Part shown: positions 18,490 through 27,311 of the stretch, one piece after another
Numbering within the stretch: the stretch's first letter is position 1
Layout: each line of letters starts with the position of its first letter
NCBI GenBank assembly: GCA_016215405.1
Contig: JACRJQ010000005.1
Coordinates: forward strand, 11,560-75,559
Reading direction: 5' to 3'
DNA length: 64,000 nt
Source: Candidatus Tayloriibacteriota bacterium
GTDB taxonomy: Bacteria; Patescibacteriota; Minisyncoccia; Phycocordibacterales; UBA6065
Made by a program: the position numbers and the translations under genes
The notes under the pieces: generated by a model
Databases searched by the model: none
The model's input: the letters and a program-made list of their open reading frames with translations, nothing else
What the model was told of the DNA's origin: nothing

Positions 18490-18548
18490 CACGAAAAACC
18501 CTCTTTGAGGCGATTCTCACGCAGGCTCAGTTCTCGTATAATGCTCTC

Positions 18549-19205
18549 ATGTTCATAGAGAGAAATATCTGCAATCCAGAGGCTAAATCCGGCTGGATAG
18601 AGGTCATCGCGGGCTGCATGTTCTCCGGCAAGACCGAGGAGCTCATCAGGCGCCTTAAGAGGAGCTCGATAGCGAAGCAGAAGGTGGCGATATTCAAGCC
18701 CAAGATCGATACGAGGTATCATCCCGAATTCGTCGTCTCTCACGACGCTAACAAGATCCATTCCATACCCGTCAAATCGTCCGCGGAGATACTCTCGCTA
18801 TCGGGCGAGTGCGACGTGGTCGGGATAGACGAAGCGCAGTTCTTCGATATGGGCATAGTCGACGTCGCGAACGACCTCGCGAACGCGGGGAAGAGGGTCA
18901 TCGTGGCGGGGCTCGATATGGATTACACCGGGAAGCCGTTCGGCCCTATGCCGTATCTCCTCGCTGTCGCCGAATTCGTCACGAAGGTGAACGCTATCTG
19001 CGCGAAGACGGGCGAGATCGGCTCCTATACCTACAGGCTCGAGGGCCACAGCGACGCTCAGGTCCTCGTCGGCGAGAAGGAGGCCTACGAGGCGCGCGGC
19101 AGGAGGGCGTTCTTCGACGGTATGAAAGAGCGCGGGGTTTACAGGCATGCGTCCTCTTCGAAGGCGAAGCCGAAGAAGCGAGCTAAAAAGGCCGCGATCA
19201 AATAG
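18549..19205 (+). CDS. tdk: Thymidine kinase
   Basis: [27 protein letters not shown]. Confidence 0.95.
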   Translation: MFIERNICNPEAKSGWIEVIAGCMFSGKTEELIRRLKRSSIAKQKVAIFKPKIDTRYHPEFVVSHDANKIHSIPVKSSAEILSLSGECDVVGIDEAQFFDMGIVDVANDLANAGKRVIVAGLDMDYTGKPFGPMPYLLAVAEFVTKVNAICAKTGEIGSYTYRLEGHSDAQVLVGEKEAYEARGRRAFFDGMKERGVYRHASSSKAKPKKRAKKAAIK

Positions 19206-19215
19206 CCAGAGCGAA

Positions 19216-19245
19216 AAGAAAGACCGCCGTACGGCGGTCTTTCTT
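19216..19245. terminator. Bidirectional terminator
   Basis: AAGAAAGACCGCCG-TA-CGGCGGTCTTTCTT. Confidence 0.75.
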
Positions 19246-19246
19246 C

Positions 19247-19696
19247 TTATACCGACTTCACTCTCAGCTTGTTCTGTTTCGATTTGTCGACTTTCGGGAG
19301 CTTTATGGTGAGAAGGCCGTGCCGTTCCACCGCCTCTGCTTCCTCGACCTCTATCTCTTCGGGGAGCATGATGGTCCTGGAGAACGAGCCCCAATAGAGC
19401 TCCTTGTGGAAGTAGTCGTTCTCATGGACTTCGGCCGATTCCTCGCGCTTGCCTTTTATGGTGACCATGTCGCGGGTGATATTGATGTCGAGGTCTTCAG
19501 GCCTTACTCCTGCGACCATCGTCTTGAGCACGATCTCGTCCGGCGTCCTGTAGACGTCGACGGTGAGCTGTCCTTCCTCCTCGGTCTCCTCGAGGAGGCC
19601 TGACCGCGTATCCTCCTCTCGCGTCTCTACCGCTTCCTCCTCCATCTTTACCGTGCCGGTGAGGCGCTCGAAGAAAGACTTTTTTGATGGTTGCAT
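19247..19696 (-). CDS. Hsp20/alpha-crystallin small heat shock protein
   Basis: VDVY, AGV.PEDL.I, E.YWGSFSRTI.LP, GLLTIKLPK. Confidence 0.92.
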   Translation of the reverse strand: MQPSKKSFFERLTGTVKMEEEAVETREEDTRSGLLEETEEEGQLTVDVYRTPDEIVLKTMVAGVRPEDLDINITRDMVTIKGKREESAEVHENDYFHKELYWGSFSRTIMLPEEIEVEEAEAVERHGLLTIKLPKVDKSKQNKLRVKSV

Positions 19697-19697
19697 A

Positions 19698-20399
19698 TTA
19701 TTCTTTGGCTGTTATCTTCTTTATCCTCTCGAACAGAAGGAGGATGCCGAGGGCGGCCACCCAGACACAGGCGAAGACGAGAAAGGTCTTGCTTCCGTTC
19801 TCGTATATTATAAACACGTTGAAAAGCGCATGCAATCCGACCGCGAGGGCGAGACCGACGATTCTGCCCGCGACCTTCCACCCGAAGCTCCTGTAGAACT
19901 CCCGTCCGATGAAGTATCCGAGCACTCCGGAGGAGACCACGTGAAGGAGGCTCGCCCCGATGAACCTGAGGTTGCCCGCCACGAGAGAGCCTGCAGCGTC
20001 GCCGTCGATGAGAGGGTTGAGGATAAAGAGCGCGTTTTCGAGCGCCGCGAATCCGAGCGCTGCGGTTATGAGATATTCGAGAGCGTCGATCGGCTCGTCA
20101 TAGGCCTTGGTCCGCAGGGCAGTCGCCCAAGCCGCGCCGTATTTCGCGACCTCTTCTATGAGCGCCCATAGGACGAGCGTCGTCCCGGTCATGCCGAAAT
20201 GGCCCGCGACGAATTTCTCGAGGGGGTATACGAACGGCACCGCGAGCATGCCGCCCCAGAAAGCGAAGAGGATGCGCCCTCGCGGCTCTGGGTGGAGCTT
20301 GTCCTCCTGCACCCAGAACCAAAGCCAGAAAAGGGCGGGGAGGATGCCTCCGAGGAGGGCGTAGATCGCGAGATACCCTGTCGGCGTTAGATCGGCCAT
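19698..20399 (-). CDS. PrsW family intramembrane metalloprotease
   Basis: D..HPEP, EEVAK, GFAALEN, H...H.LFN motifs. Confidence 0.9.
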   Translation of the reverse strand: MADLTPTGYLAIYALLGGILPALFWLWFWVQEDKLHPEPRGRILFAFWGGMLAVPFVYPLEKFVAGHFGMTGTTLVLWALIEEVAKYGAAWATALRTKAYDEPIDALEYLITAALGFAALENALFILNPLIDGDAAGSLVAGNLRFIGASLLHVVSSGVLGYFIGREFYRSFGWKVAGRIVGLALAVGLHALFNVFIIYENGSKTFLVFACVWVAALGILLLFERIKKITAKE

Positions 20400-22567
20400 G
20401 TCTCTATTATAAGAGGCTTCTTATCCGGTACCGGCATGTCTTTCCATATCTCTTCGGTCACGAACGGTACGAATGGATGGAGGGCCTTCAGTATGTCGGC
20501 GAGAGTATGCAGGAGGAACTGCTTGCGCGACTTCTTTTCCGTGTCCGATCCCTTCGCCAGGATGTCTTTCGACCTCTCGAGTATGATATCCGCGAATTCG
20601 CGCCATGCGTACGCGTAGAGCTTTTCGGCGACGAGGTAGTATTTGTATTCGTCCATCTCCCTCGATATCTCCTCCATGACGGCGCGCCTCTCCGCCGTGA
20701 GCTTCTCGTCATCCGCAGAGAACGCCTTGAAGCCGGGCTCGAGCGTCTCTCCTTCGGTAGAGGAGAGGACGAAGCGAGCGATGTTCCAGAGCTTGTTCGC
20801 GAAGTTTTTGTAGGCGCGGATCTTGTCCTCGGACATCTTGGTATCGTTTCCCGGTCCGGTGCCTACGATAAGCGACATGCGGACCGCGTCCGTGCCGTAT
20901 TTACCCGCCATATCGAGAGGGTCGATGATATTGCCGAGGGACTTCGACATCTTCTGGCCTTTCGCGTCTCGGACGAGGCCGTGCAGATAGACGGTCTTGA
21001 AAGGGACCTCGCCCATGAGGTATTGGGACATGAGGATCATCCGCGCTACCCAGAAGAAGATTATATCGTAGCCCGTCTCGAGTACCGCCGTAGGATGATA
21101 CGTCGCGAGGTCGGAGGTCGTCTCGGGCCAGCCGAGGGTCGAGAACGTCCAAAGGCCCGACGAGAACCAGGTATCGAGGGTGTCTTCGTCCTGCGTCCAA
21201 CCTTCTCCCGGGCTTGCGAGCGAGACCTTGAGCTCTTCGCCCTTATACCAGACGGGGATCCTGTGCCCGAACCAGATCTGGCGGGATATGCACCAATCTC
21301 GCAGGTTCGATATCCAGTTCGAATACACCCTCTCGAATCGATCGGGTATGAACTCGATATGCGAAGGCCCTTGAGGAATCACGTCGAGCATGAGCTCTTT
21401 GAGGGACTTGCCGCCGCGGGCAGGGATCTTCTTGTTCACGTCTACGAACCACTGGTTCATGATCTGAGGCTCGATCACTCCGCCTGTGCGTTCGGCCGTC
21501 GCTATGTTGTGGGTATAGTCCTCTTCCTTTTCCAGGAGGCCTTTCGCGGCGAGCTTCTCTACGATCTTCTTCCTCGCGTCGGATATTTTTATGCCGGCGA
21601 ATTCGCCCGCGATAGGGAGGAGCTTGCCGTATCTATCTATGATCTGCTCCTTATCGAGCTTGTGCCGCTCCGCGATATCGAAGTCTACGTTGGAATGCCA
21701 CGGCGTTATCGTCATCACGCCGGTCCCGAACGCCATGTCGATCGACTCGTCCTTTATGACGGTCGCCTTTATCGGGCCGTTGATCCATTCGAGGTCGATC
21801 TCTTGTCCGTGCGAATAGGCCGTATACCTCTCGTCCTTCGGGTGCATCACGACGTATTTATCGCCGAACTTCGTCTCTGGCCTCGCCGTGCCGATGGTGA
21901 ACGGACCGTATTTGAAATAGTAGAACTTCGTCTTCTCCTCGGCGTAGACGATCTCGTCGTCGGAGATGGTGGTCTGGCCTTTAGGGTCCCAGTTCACTAT
22001 GCGGTGGCCGCGATAGATGAGGCCGTCGTCGTACATGCGCTTGAACGCTTCGAATACCGCTTTGCCGCGCTTTTCGTCGAGGGTGTACGCCTCGCGAGAC
22101 CAGTCGAGAGAAGCGCCCATCTTCTTGGTCTGGTTCACGATCGTGTCATGGCTCTCGAGGGCGAACTCGTTCACGCGCCTGAGGAGCTCCTCGCGGCCGA
22201 GGTCCTGACGGCGCTTGCCCTCTTCTTTATAGATGATGCCCTCGACCTTCGCCTGGGTCGCGATCGCGGCGTGGTCGGTGCCCGGAAGCCAGAGGGTCTT
22301 ATAGCCTTTCATGCGCTTGTGGCGGACCATGATGTCCTCGATGACGAGCATCGCGGCATGGCCGATGTGAAGCGTCCCTGTCACGTTCGGAGGAGGCAGG
22401 ACGATGGAGAAAGGCTCTTTATGCCGCGGGGGGAGCTTGTCGGGATTGAAATAGCCCGAACCAAGCCACATCTCGTAGATCGCGTCTTCGACCGCCTTCG
22501 GGTCGTACGGCTTTAGGAATTTCTGCGGAATGTTCGGCTCAGGGAAGGCCTCTTTCTTTGGCTCCAT
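20387..22567 (-). CDS. valS: Valyl-tRNA synthetase (short 726 aa form)
   Basis: PPPNVTGTLHIGH, DWCISRQIWFGH, KMSKS. Confidence 0.96.
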   Translation of the reverse strand: MEPKKEAFPEPNIPQKFLKPYDPKAVEDAIYEMWLGSGYFNPDKLPPRHKEPFSIVLPPPNVTGTLHIGHAAMLVIEDIMVRHKRMKGYKTLWLPGTDHAAIATQAKVEGIIYKEEGKRRQDLGREELLRRVNEFALESHDTIVNQTKKMGASLDWSREAYTLDEKRGKAVFEAFKRMYDDGLIYRGHRIVNWDPKGQTTISDDEIVYAEEKTKFYYFKYGPFTIGTARPETKFGDKYVVMHPKDERYTAYSHGQEIDLEWINGPIKATVIKDESIDMAFGTGVMTITPWHSNVDFDIAERHKLDKEQIIDRYGKLLPIAGEFAGIKISDARKKIVEKLAAKGLLEKEEDYTHNIATAERTGGVIEPQIMNQWFVDVNKKIPARGGKSLKELMLDVIPQGPSHIEFIPDRFERVYSNWISNLRDWCISRQIWFGHRIPVWYKGEELKVSLASPGEGWTQDEDTLDTWFSSGLWTFSTLGWPETTSDLATYHPTAVLETGYDIIFFWVARMILMSQYLMGEVPFKTVYLHGLVRDAKGQKMSKSLGNIIDPLDMAGKYGTDAVRMSLIVGTGPGNDTKMSEDKIRAYKNFANKLWNIARFVLSSTEGETLEPGFKAFSADDEKLTAERRAVMEEISREMDEYKYYLVAEKLYAYAWREFADIILERSKDILAKGSDTEKKSRKQFLLHTLADILKALHPFVPFVTEEIWKDMPVPDKKPLIIETWPI

Positions 22568-23085
22568 AGTATGAAAAATATAGCAAAATAAGGGCTTTTT
22601 TACAAAAAGACGGCGCGCACTTAGGTCTGTGCGCGCCTCTTACGGTTCGTTTCGACGGATGTCGCGGTTGGCTCGCGCTATCTTCATGGAACCGATCAGA
22701 CTGCAAGAGCGATAAGGATATCTCCCGGCCAACGAGAGTGCTCCTACTACGCGGCCGCGATTCGAAGCGTTTAACGTCTCCCGCTCGCTTCTCTCCGACC
22801 GGTTCCGCCGATAAGTATATCAGAAAAGAAAACCGCCGCGCTCCTTGAAGGAGACGCGGCGGAAAGGGATGGGCGGCCTGGTTGAGAGTCAGGCCGCCCG
22901 CTCCTGCCGTAAGCGAGATTCGTGCGGAACACCAGACGGTTGCGAAGGCGAATGCACGAGCCCGGGCGGTAGCGAGGCGCCGGTTCGAGGCTACCACGAC
23001 CCCGATTAACCAGACATGCGATGGTCTTTGAGAAACGCCCCAAGACCGCGCTACGACGAAGAGCCGACAAGAGACATACTACTTT

Positions 23086-24264
23086 TTATCCTCTTTTCGT
23101 CAACTGTCGGCGACTTCCGAGGGGGAGAGACCCTGCGGCTTTGAGCTCGACGCTTGAAGGCTGGGCTTTATCCCGATTGAAGTATCCGGCGAGGGCTATC
23201 ATGAGGCCGTTGTCGGTCGAGTGGTCGATCTGGGGCAAAAGGAGCGCGATAGACGATTCCGAGGCGAGCTTCTGGAGCCTCTCGCGGAGCACTCTGTTCG
23301 CTATGACGCCTCCGCCTATGACGAGCGACCTTGCCGCGAAGGCATCGATCGCCTTTCGCGTCTTCTCGACGATCACGTCCGCCACCGAATCCTCGATGTC
23401 CCTCGCGTATGCCATCTTCCTCTCGTCAGAGAGGGCTCCCTCTTTTCTTGTGGCATACAGGACGGAGGTTTTTAGACCCGAGAAAGAGAGGTCGAGGTCG
23501 TCCGAAGATATCATGGGCCTCGGAAGCGGGGTTTCGAGGGCGACGCCTCTCTCTCTCGCGATCCGAGCGAGCTCCGATATCTTTGGGCCGCCGGGATAAG
23601 GAAGCCCGAGGATCCTCGCGGTCTTGTCGAAGCATTCGCCTATAGCGTCGTCGCGCGTCTCGCCGACGATCTCGTATGAGCCCGGCCTTTCCATGAGGAC
23701 TATCTGCGTGTGTCCGCCCGAGATGAGGAGGGCGAGGGAAGGATGCTCCGGCGAGACGAGCTTATAGCTCTTGCCCGAGCCGCGGATGAGGGCGGTGAGG
23801 ACATGGCCCTCCATGTGGTTGCAGGGGACGATAGGAAGCTCCCATATCGTCGCGAGGGCTCGGGCGAAATTTATGCCCACCCAGAGAGCTGGTTCGAGGC
23901 CGGGGCCCACCGTGACGCTGATGAGGTCGATATCGGGCCTTCGTATCTTCGAGACGCGCTCTTTGAACGCCGCGAGGAGCTCCGACTCTCGATCGAGGAT
24001 CATTCCAATGTTCTCAAGAATGTGAGAATGTGGGGCGTCTGAAGGGAGGAGCATGCCCGCCTCGGCGAGCGTCTTTTCGAGGACCGGCACGAGGTTTCTC
24101 TGGTGCTCTCGCTTGGCGAGCGTAGGGAAGACGCCGCCATATTCGGCGTGTATGTCTATCTGCGAGTGCACCGTGTTGCCGAGCACCTCGACTTCGGCGC
24201 CTTTAACCTCGATCAGGCTTATCGCGGTCTCGTCGCAGGAGGTTTCGATCCCGAGGATTCTCAT
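23086..24264 (-). CDS. tsaD: tRNA N6-threonylcarbamoyltransferase TsaD
   Basis: LGIETSCDET, NHMEGH, SGGHT, ETRDDAIGE.FDK, TDNG.MIA. Confidence 0.96.
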   Translation of the reverse strand: MRILGIETSCDETAISLIEVKGAEVEVLGNTVHSQIDIHAEYGGVFPTLAKREHQRNLVPVLEKTLAEAGMLLPSDAPHSHILENIGMILDRESELLAAFKERVSKIRRPDIDLISVTVGPGLEPALWVGINFARALATIWELPIVPCNHMEGHVLTALIRGSGKSYKLVSPEHPSLALLISGGHTQIVLMERPGSYEIVGETRDDAIGECFDKTARILGLPYPGGPKISELARIARERGVALETPLPRPMISSDDLDLSFSGLKTSVLYATRKEGALSDERKMAYARDIEDSVADVIVEKTRKAIDAFAARSLVIGGGVIANRVLRERLQKLASESSIALLLPQIDHSTDNGLMIALAGYFNRDKAQPSSVELKAAGSLPLGSRRQLTKRG

Positions 24265-24339
24265 GGAGTAGTTCTAACATAAAGGCAATAGTTGGTCACG
24301 GATCTGGGGGCCTTTCCCTGGGGGCAGGGAGTTTTTTAT

Positions 24340-24663
24340 GGATGGTCACGGGTCTCTTTGTGGTCAAAAGTCTTTTCTCGCCGTCGCTCGAAAAGCTTTC
24401 GACCCTGGCTCGCGGCCTCGCGAAGCGTTCGGCACCGCTCCGCCTCGCACAAGCTAAAATCCTGCCACAGGCAGGATTTTAGCTTGTGCGCGGTATAGGA
24501 ATCTTTCCCTCGACTCGGATTCGCTCGTCAGCGAATCCGGTCTGGTCACCGCCTCGCGGCCGCGCGAAACGTTCGGCATCGCTCCGGCGTTCAAGTCCTA
24601 TACGCATATCTTCAAGACATGCTACCGCGCACGTAAAAACCGGCAGTCGCCGGTTTCTTTCTG
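24340..24663 (-). repeat. Two tandem tRNA-linked elements (Val)
   Basis: Direct copy TGTGCGCGGTATAGGA at 24485 and 24662; 34-nt core repeated at 24409 and 24553; left boundary approximate. Confidence 0.8.
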
Positions 24664-24736
24664 TGCGCGGTATAGGACTTGAACCTATGACCCTCTCAAC
24701 GTCAATGAGATGCTCTACCAACTGAGCTAACCGCGC
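24664..24736 (-). tRNA. tRNA-Val(GAC)
   Basis: GCGCGGT/ACCGCGC stem; TCTCA-TTGACGT-TGAGA anticodon arm. Confidence 0.95.
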
Positions 24737-24778
24737 TTATGTAGAGACTACTCTACACGAAAAGACGTTTTTTTCAAG

Positions 24779-25132
24779 CTACTTTTTAGGCAGCGGAGGC
24801 GCCGGCGGGGGAGCGTCCTTGGGCTTGTCGAGCACCGTCGAGAGCCTCTTGATGACGAAGTAGACGACCGCGGCGAGGATGAAGAAATTGATGAGGAGCG
24901 AGAGCGTCTTGCCGTAGGCGATAGTCGAGCCGTTTATGGTGACGCCGAGATTCGCGAGGTCGGTAAACCGCGCGAACGCGAGGCCGATGATGGGGTTTAT
25001 CACGTCGTTCACGAACGAGCCGACGAGATCGGAGGTGGCCTTGCCGAGGATGAATCCCGTCGCGAAGCCTACGACTCCCTGTGTCCTTATAAAATGTATG
25101 AATCCGGCAAGCTGTTCTTTGAGCATGTACAT
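24779..25132 (-). CDS. mscL: Large-conductance mechanosensitive channel MscL
   Basis: F..FI...GVVG.A.GFI.G, LV.S.V.D.I.P, YG..L..LINF.I.A. Confidence 0.85.
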   Translation of the reverse strand: MYMLKEQLAGFIHFIRTQGVVGFATGFILGKATSDLVGSFVNDVINPIIGLAFARFTDLANLGVTINGSTIAYGKTLSLLINFFILAAVVYFVIKRLSTVLDKPKDAPPPAPPLPKK

Positions 25133-25183
25133 ATATTACTACGGATCATCGCCTATATGGGAAACATGTGATTCGGTTCGGGC

Positions 25184-25341
25184 GGGGAGATTCGACCTCT
25201 ACTCGGTCAGTACCCGTTTCCCATTTTCTCGGATGGAAGTCCTCGAAAATACGGGAGAACGGCTTCGAATCTCCCACGCCGTGCCGCTGGCACGGCTCCT
25301 CTCCGCAAAATCAAAACGCGCCGATAGCGCGTTGGATTTTG
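25184..25341 (-). repeat. tRNA-linked antisense/direct-repeat element (Ser)
   Basis: Antisense GCGGAGAGG + GGGAGATTCGAA; direct TCGAATCTCCCC at 25184-25195. Confidence 0.85.
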
Positions 25342-25428
25342 CGGAGAGGGGGAGATTCGAACTCCCGAGGAGCTTGCGCCCCTGCCGGTTTTCGAAACCG
25401 GTGCATTCGACCACTCTGCCACCTCTCC
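25342..25428 (-). tRNA. tRNA-Ser(CGA)
   Basis: GGAGAGG/CCTCTCC stem, long variable arm, CGA anticodon. Confidence 0.95.
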
Positions 25429-25506
25429 GTGGGAATCTCAAATGCCCGAATATCCTATCACTTTTTGCCAAAATGGCAAAAAAAAGCTATATTTTGGCGG
25501 TTCGCC

Positions 25507-25578
25507 GGCCCTATCGTCTAATGGTTAGGACAGGAGCTTTTCAAGCTCTAAATCGGGGTTCGATTCCCCGTAGGGTCA
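25507..25578 (+). tRNA. tRNA-Glu(TTC)
   Basis: GGCCCTA/TAGGGTC stem; GGAGC-TTTTCAA-GCTCT anticodon arm. Confidence 0.95.
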
Positions 25579-25749
25579 CAACGCGGCCGCCGAGAGGCGG
25601 CTTTTGCGTTGTGACCCTAAGTAGCGCCGGGGCGCGCTACGTCGGGGAATCGAAGCCTGTTTGAGCAAACTTTCGAGCTTTCTCAAGCGATGAAAGTTTC
25701 CAAACAGGGTACTGGTCATGTAAGGACCGATATTCCCCGTAGGGTCACA
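25579..25749 (+). repeat. tRNA-linked antisense/direct-repeat element (Glu)
   Basis: ATTCCCCGTAGGGTCACA at 25563 and 25732; antisense CGGGGAATCGAA at 25643. Confidence 0.85.
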
Positions 25750-25829
25750 CCAGGTGTTTTTTCGCTTCTCCAGAATCCTCCCACAAAAAACCGCCCTCTT
25801 TTTCGGAGGGCGGTTCGCAAAGAGCTGTT

Positions 25830-26603
25830 TCAGGCATCGGCTATCGTTCGCGCTATCGCGTCGACGAATACGACCCTTTTTTCGTTGTCGGATGTCTCTT
25901 CAGGCATCCGCTTTCTCAGATAGGGAGCGATCTCTATCTGTATCGCCGCATCGAGCCCGTGATTCGATTTCGCGGCCCTCCTTACCAGGTATCCGCCGTT
26001 GTAGCAGTCGGGCGTACCGTCGGGTATCGCGGTCTCGGTCCCAGGGCAGAATACGCAGAAGCCTGCCTGCTCGAGCCTGTTTGCGATCTTTCGGTCGAAG
26101 TCGCCTCGCCGTATGGTCGTCCCGTTTCCCGTGCCGAGGATGGCGTCATAGCCGTGGGGCTTTGAGGCGTATCTTGGCTGATCCGCGAAGCCGTGCAGAT
26201 CGATGAGGACGGGCATATGACCGTATGCCGCGACCGACTCTTCTATGAGCCCGTCGATCGCGGCGTGGAATCTTTCGAACTCCTGAGCCAAGCGCGAGTC
26301 GCGAAACGGCCTCTTCCAGACGAGGCGGTCCTCGGGGTCTCGGTTCGTGTCGAGGAACCTCCTCGGGATCTGATTCCAGACCACCGCCGCGCGAGGGTCT
26401 GCCTTTCGGAATATCTCCATCGCGATCGGCATGACGCCGAGATCCTTTTTCGTGCTTTCAGTCCGAGCCTCGTATTCATGCTCGAAGAGGCTCTCTGTAA
26501 CGCCGTCGTGCTGGACCGCTATCACGCAGCGCGGCGGCGTCGGGCGCCGGACAGCGAGCATAAACTCGTCGTGGATGAATGTGCAAGGAACTGTTCTGTT
26601 CAT
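25830..26603 (-). CDS. N-formylglutamate amidohydrolase-like protein
   Basis: HDG, R..LD.NR, FH.AI, LIDLHG, ILGT, YNGGY, AIQIEI. Confidence 0.75.
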   Translation of the reverse strand: MNRTVPCTFIHDEFMLAVRRPTPPRCVIAVQHDGVTESLFEHEYEARTESTKKDLGVMPIAMEIFRKADPRAAVVWNQIPRRFLDTNRDPEDRLVWKRPFRDSRLAQEFERFHAAIDGLIEESVAAYGHMPVLIDLHGFADQPRYASKPHGYDAILGTGNGTTIRRGDFDRKIANRLEQAGFCVFCPGTETAIPDGTPDCYNGGYLVRRAAKSNHGLDAAIQIEIAPYLRKRMPEETSDNEKRVVFVDAIARTIADA

Positions 26604-26635
26604 TTTGGAACCTTTCGTTTGGTTTCGAGGCAGGC

Positions 26636-26789
26636 AAAACCGCCTCTACCAAGAGGCGGTTTTTTCGGATGAAAAACTCCGCCTCTTCTAGGACGCGAGA
26701 AGGGATCGGGCGAATCCTGACCAGGTGGAGATGGAGCGCGAGAGAAGCATGGCGGTATCATCGTAGCTTTGTTCCGCTCCTGAGGTCAA
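26636..26789 (-). promoter_or_regulatory. Putative promoter + leader peptide + transcription attenuator
   Basis: TTGACC-N18-TACGAT; 20-codon ORF at 26750-26688; alternative pairings with the CCGCCTCT/AGAGGCGG-TTTT terminator. Confidence 0.6.
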
Positions 26790-26842
26790 GCGCGAAAAAA
26801 CCGGCGTACGCCGGCTTTTCGATCTCGATGACGAGTTTCGAG

Positions 26843-27241
26843 CTAGACCTGGGGCGCTGCCGGATCCGCAGGGGCGGACGAGCCCTTGCCCGCTACCTTT
26901 ATGGCGCCGAAAAGGACGGCTGCGAGGACGAGGTGGAGCCAGTTGTCCGCGCCGTTAGCGCCCGCTATGCCGAGGAGAGCGCCTTCGCCCGAGTTGCCGA
27001 ACTGGAAGAATCCGACGAGAGCGAGGACGAGGTAGAGGAGGGAGGACGCGACCAGGGCCTTCTTCGAAGCCCCTTCGCTTTTTGCCGCCGCGAGCAGGGC
27101 CGCGCCGATCGCGAGGTGGACGATATCGTGGACGAGGTCAGCGCGGAAGAAGGAGTCCTCTCCTATGACGGGGTTCGGCACGAACCCGAGGATGCCGACG
27201 ATGATAAATATGACGCCGAAGATTGCACCTAACTTTTTCAT
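26843..27241 (-). CDS. DUF4383 family membrane protein
   Basis: VGILGFVP, HDIVHL..G, NGADNWLHL. Confidence 0.8.
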   Translation of the reverse strand: MKKLGAIFGVIFIIVGILGFVPNPVIGEDSFFRADLVHDIVHLAIGAALLAAAKSEGASKKALVASSLLYLVLALVGFFQFGNSGEGALLGIAGANGADNWLHLVLAAVLFGAIKVAGKGSSAPADPAAPQV

Positions 27242-27311
27242 GCTGTTCGTATTAATAGCATCGGTTAACGAATGCCTCGCATAATCATAGTACGGATTAG
27301 CCCTAATTTAT

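Noticed and set aside
20477-22516. 679-aa ORF antisense to valS, and similar long antisense ORFs over gyrA (49116-51434), nrdJ, the hisS-like gene and infB
   Set aside because: Shadow ORFs produced by GC-rich codon usage on the coding strand; no recognisable motifs.
22600-22830. T-box riboswitch upstream of valS
   Set aside because: No AAGGTGGTACC-like T-box motif; valS appears to have its own proximal start region.
24515-24540. CTGACGAG in the Val and Lys elements resembles the hammerhead ribozyme core CUGANGA
   Set aside because: It sits as the loop of a perfect hairpin, and no stem II + GAAA + cleavage-triplet arrangement could be built by eye.
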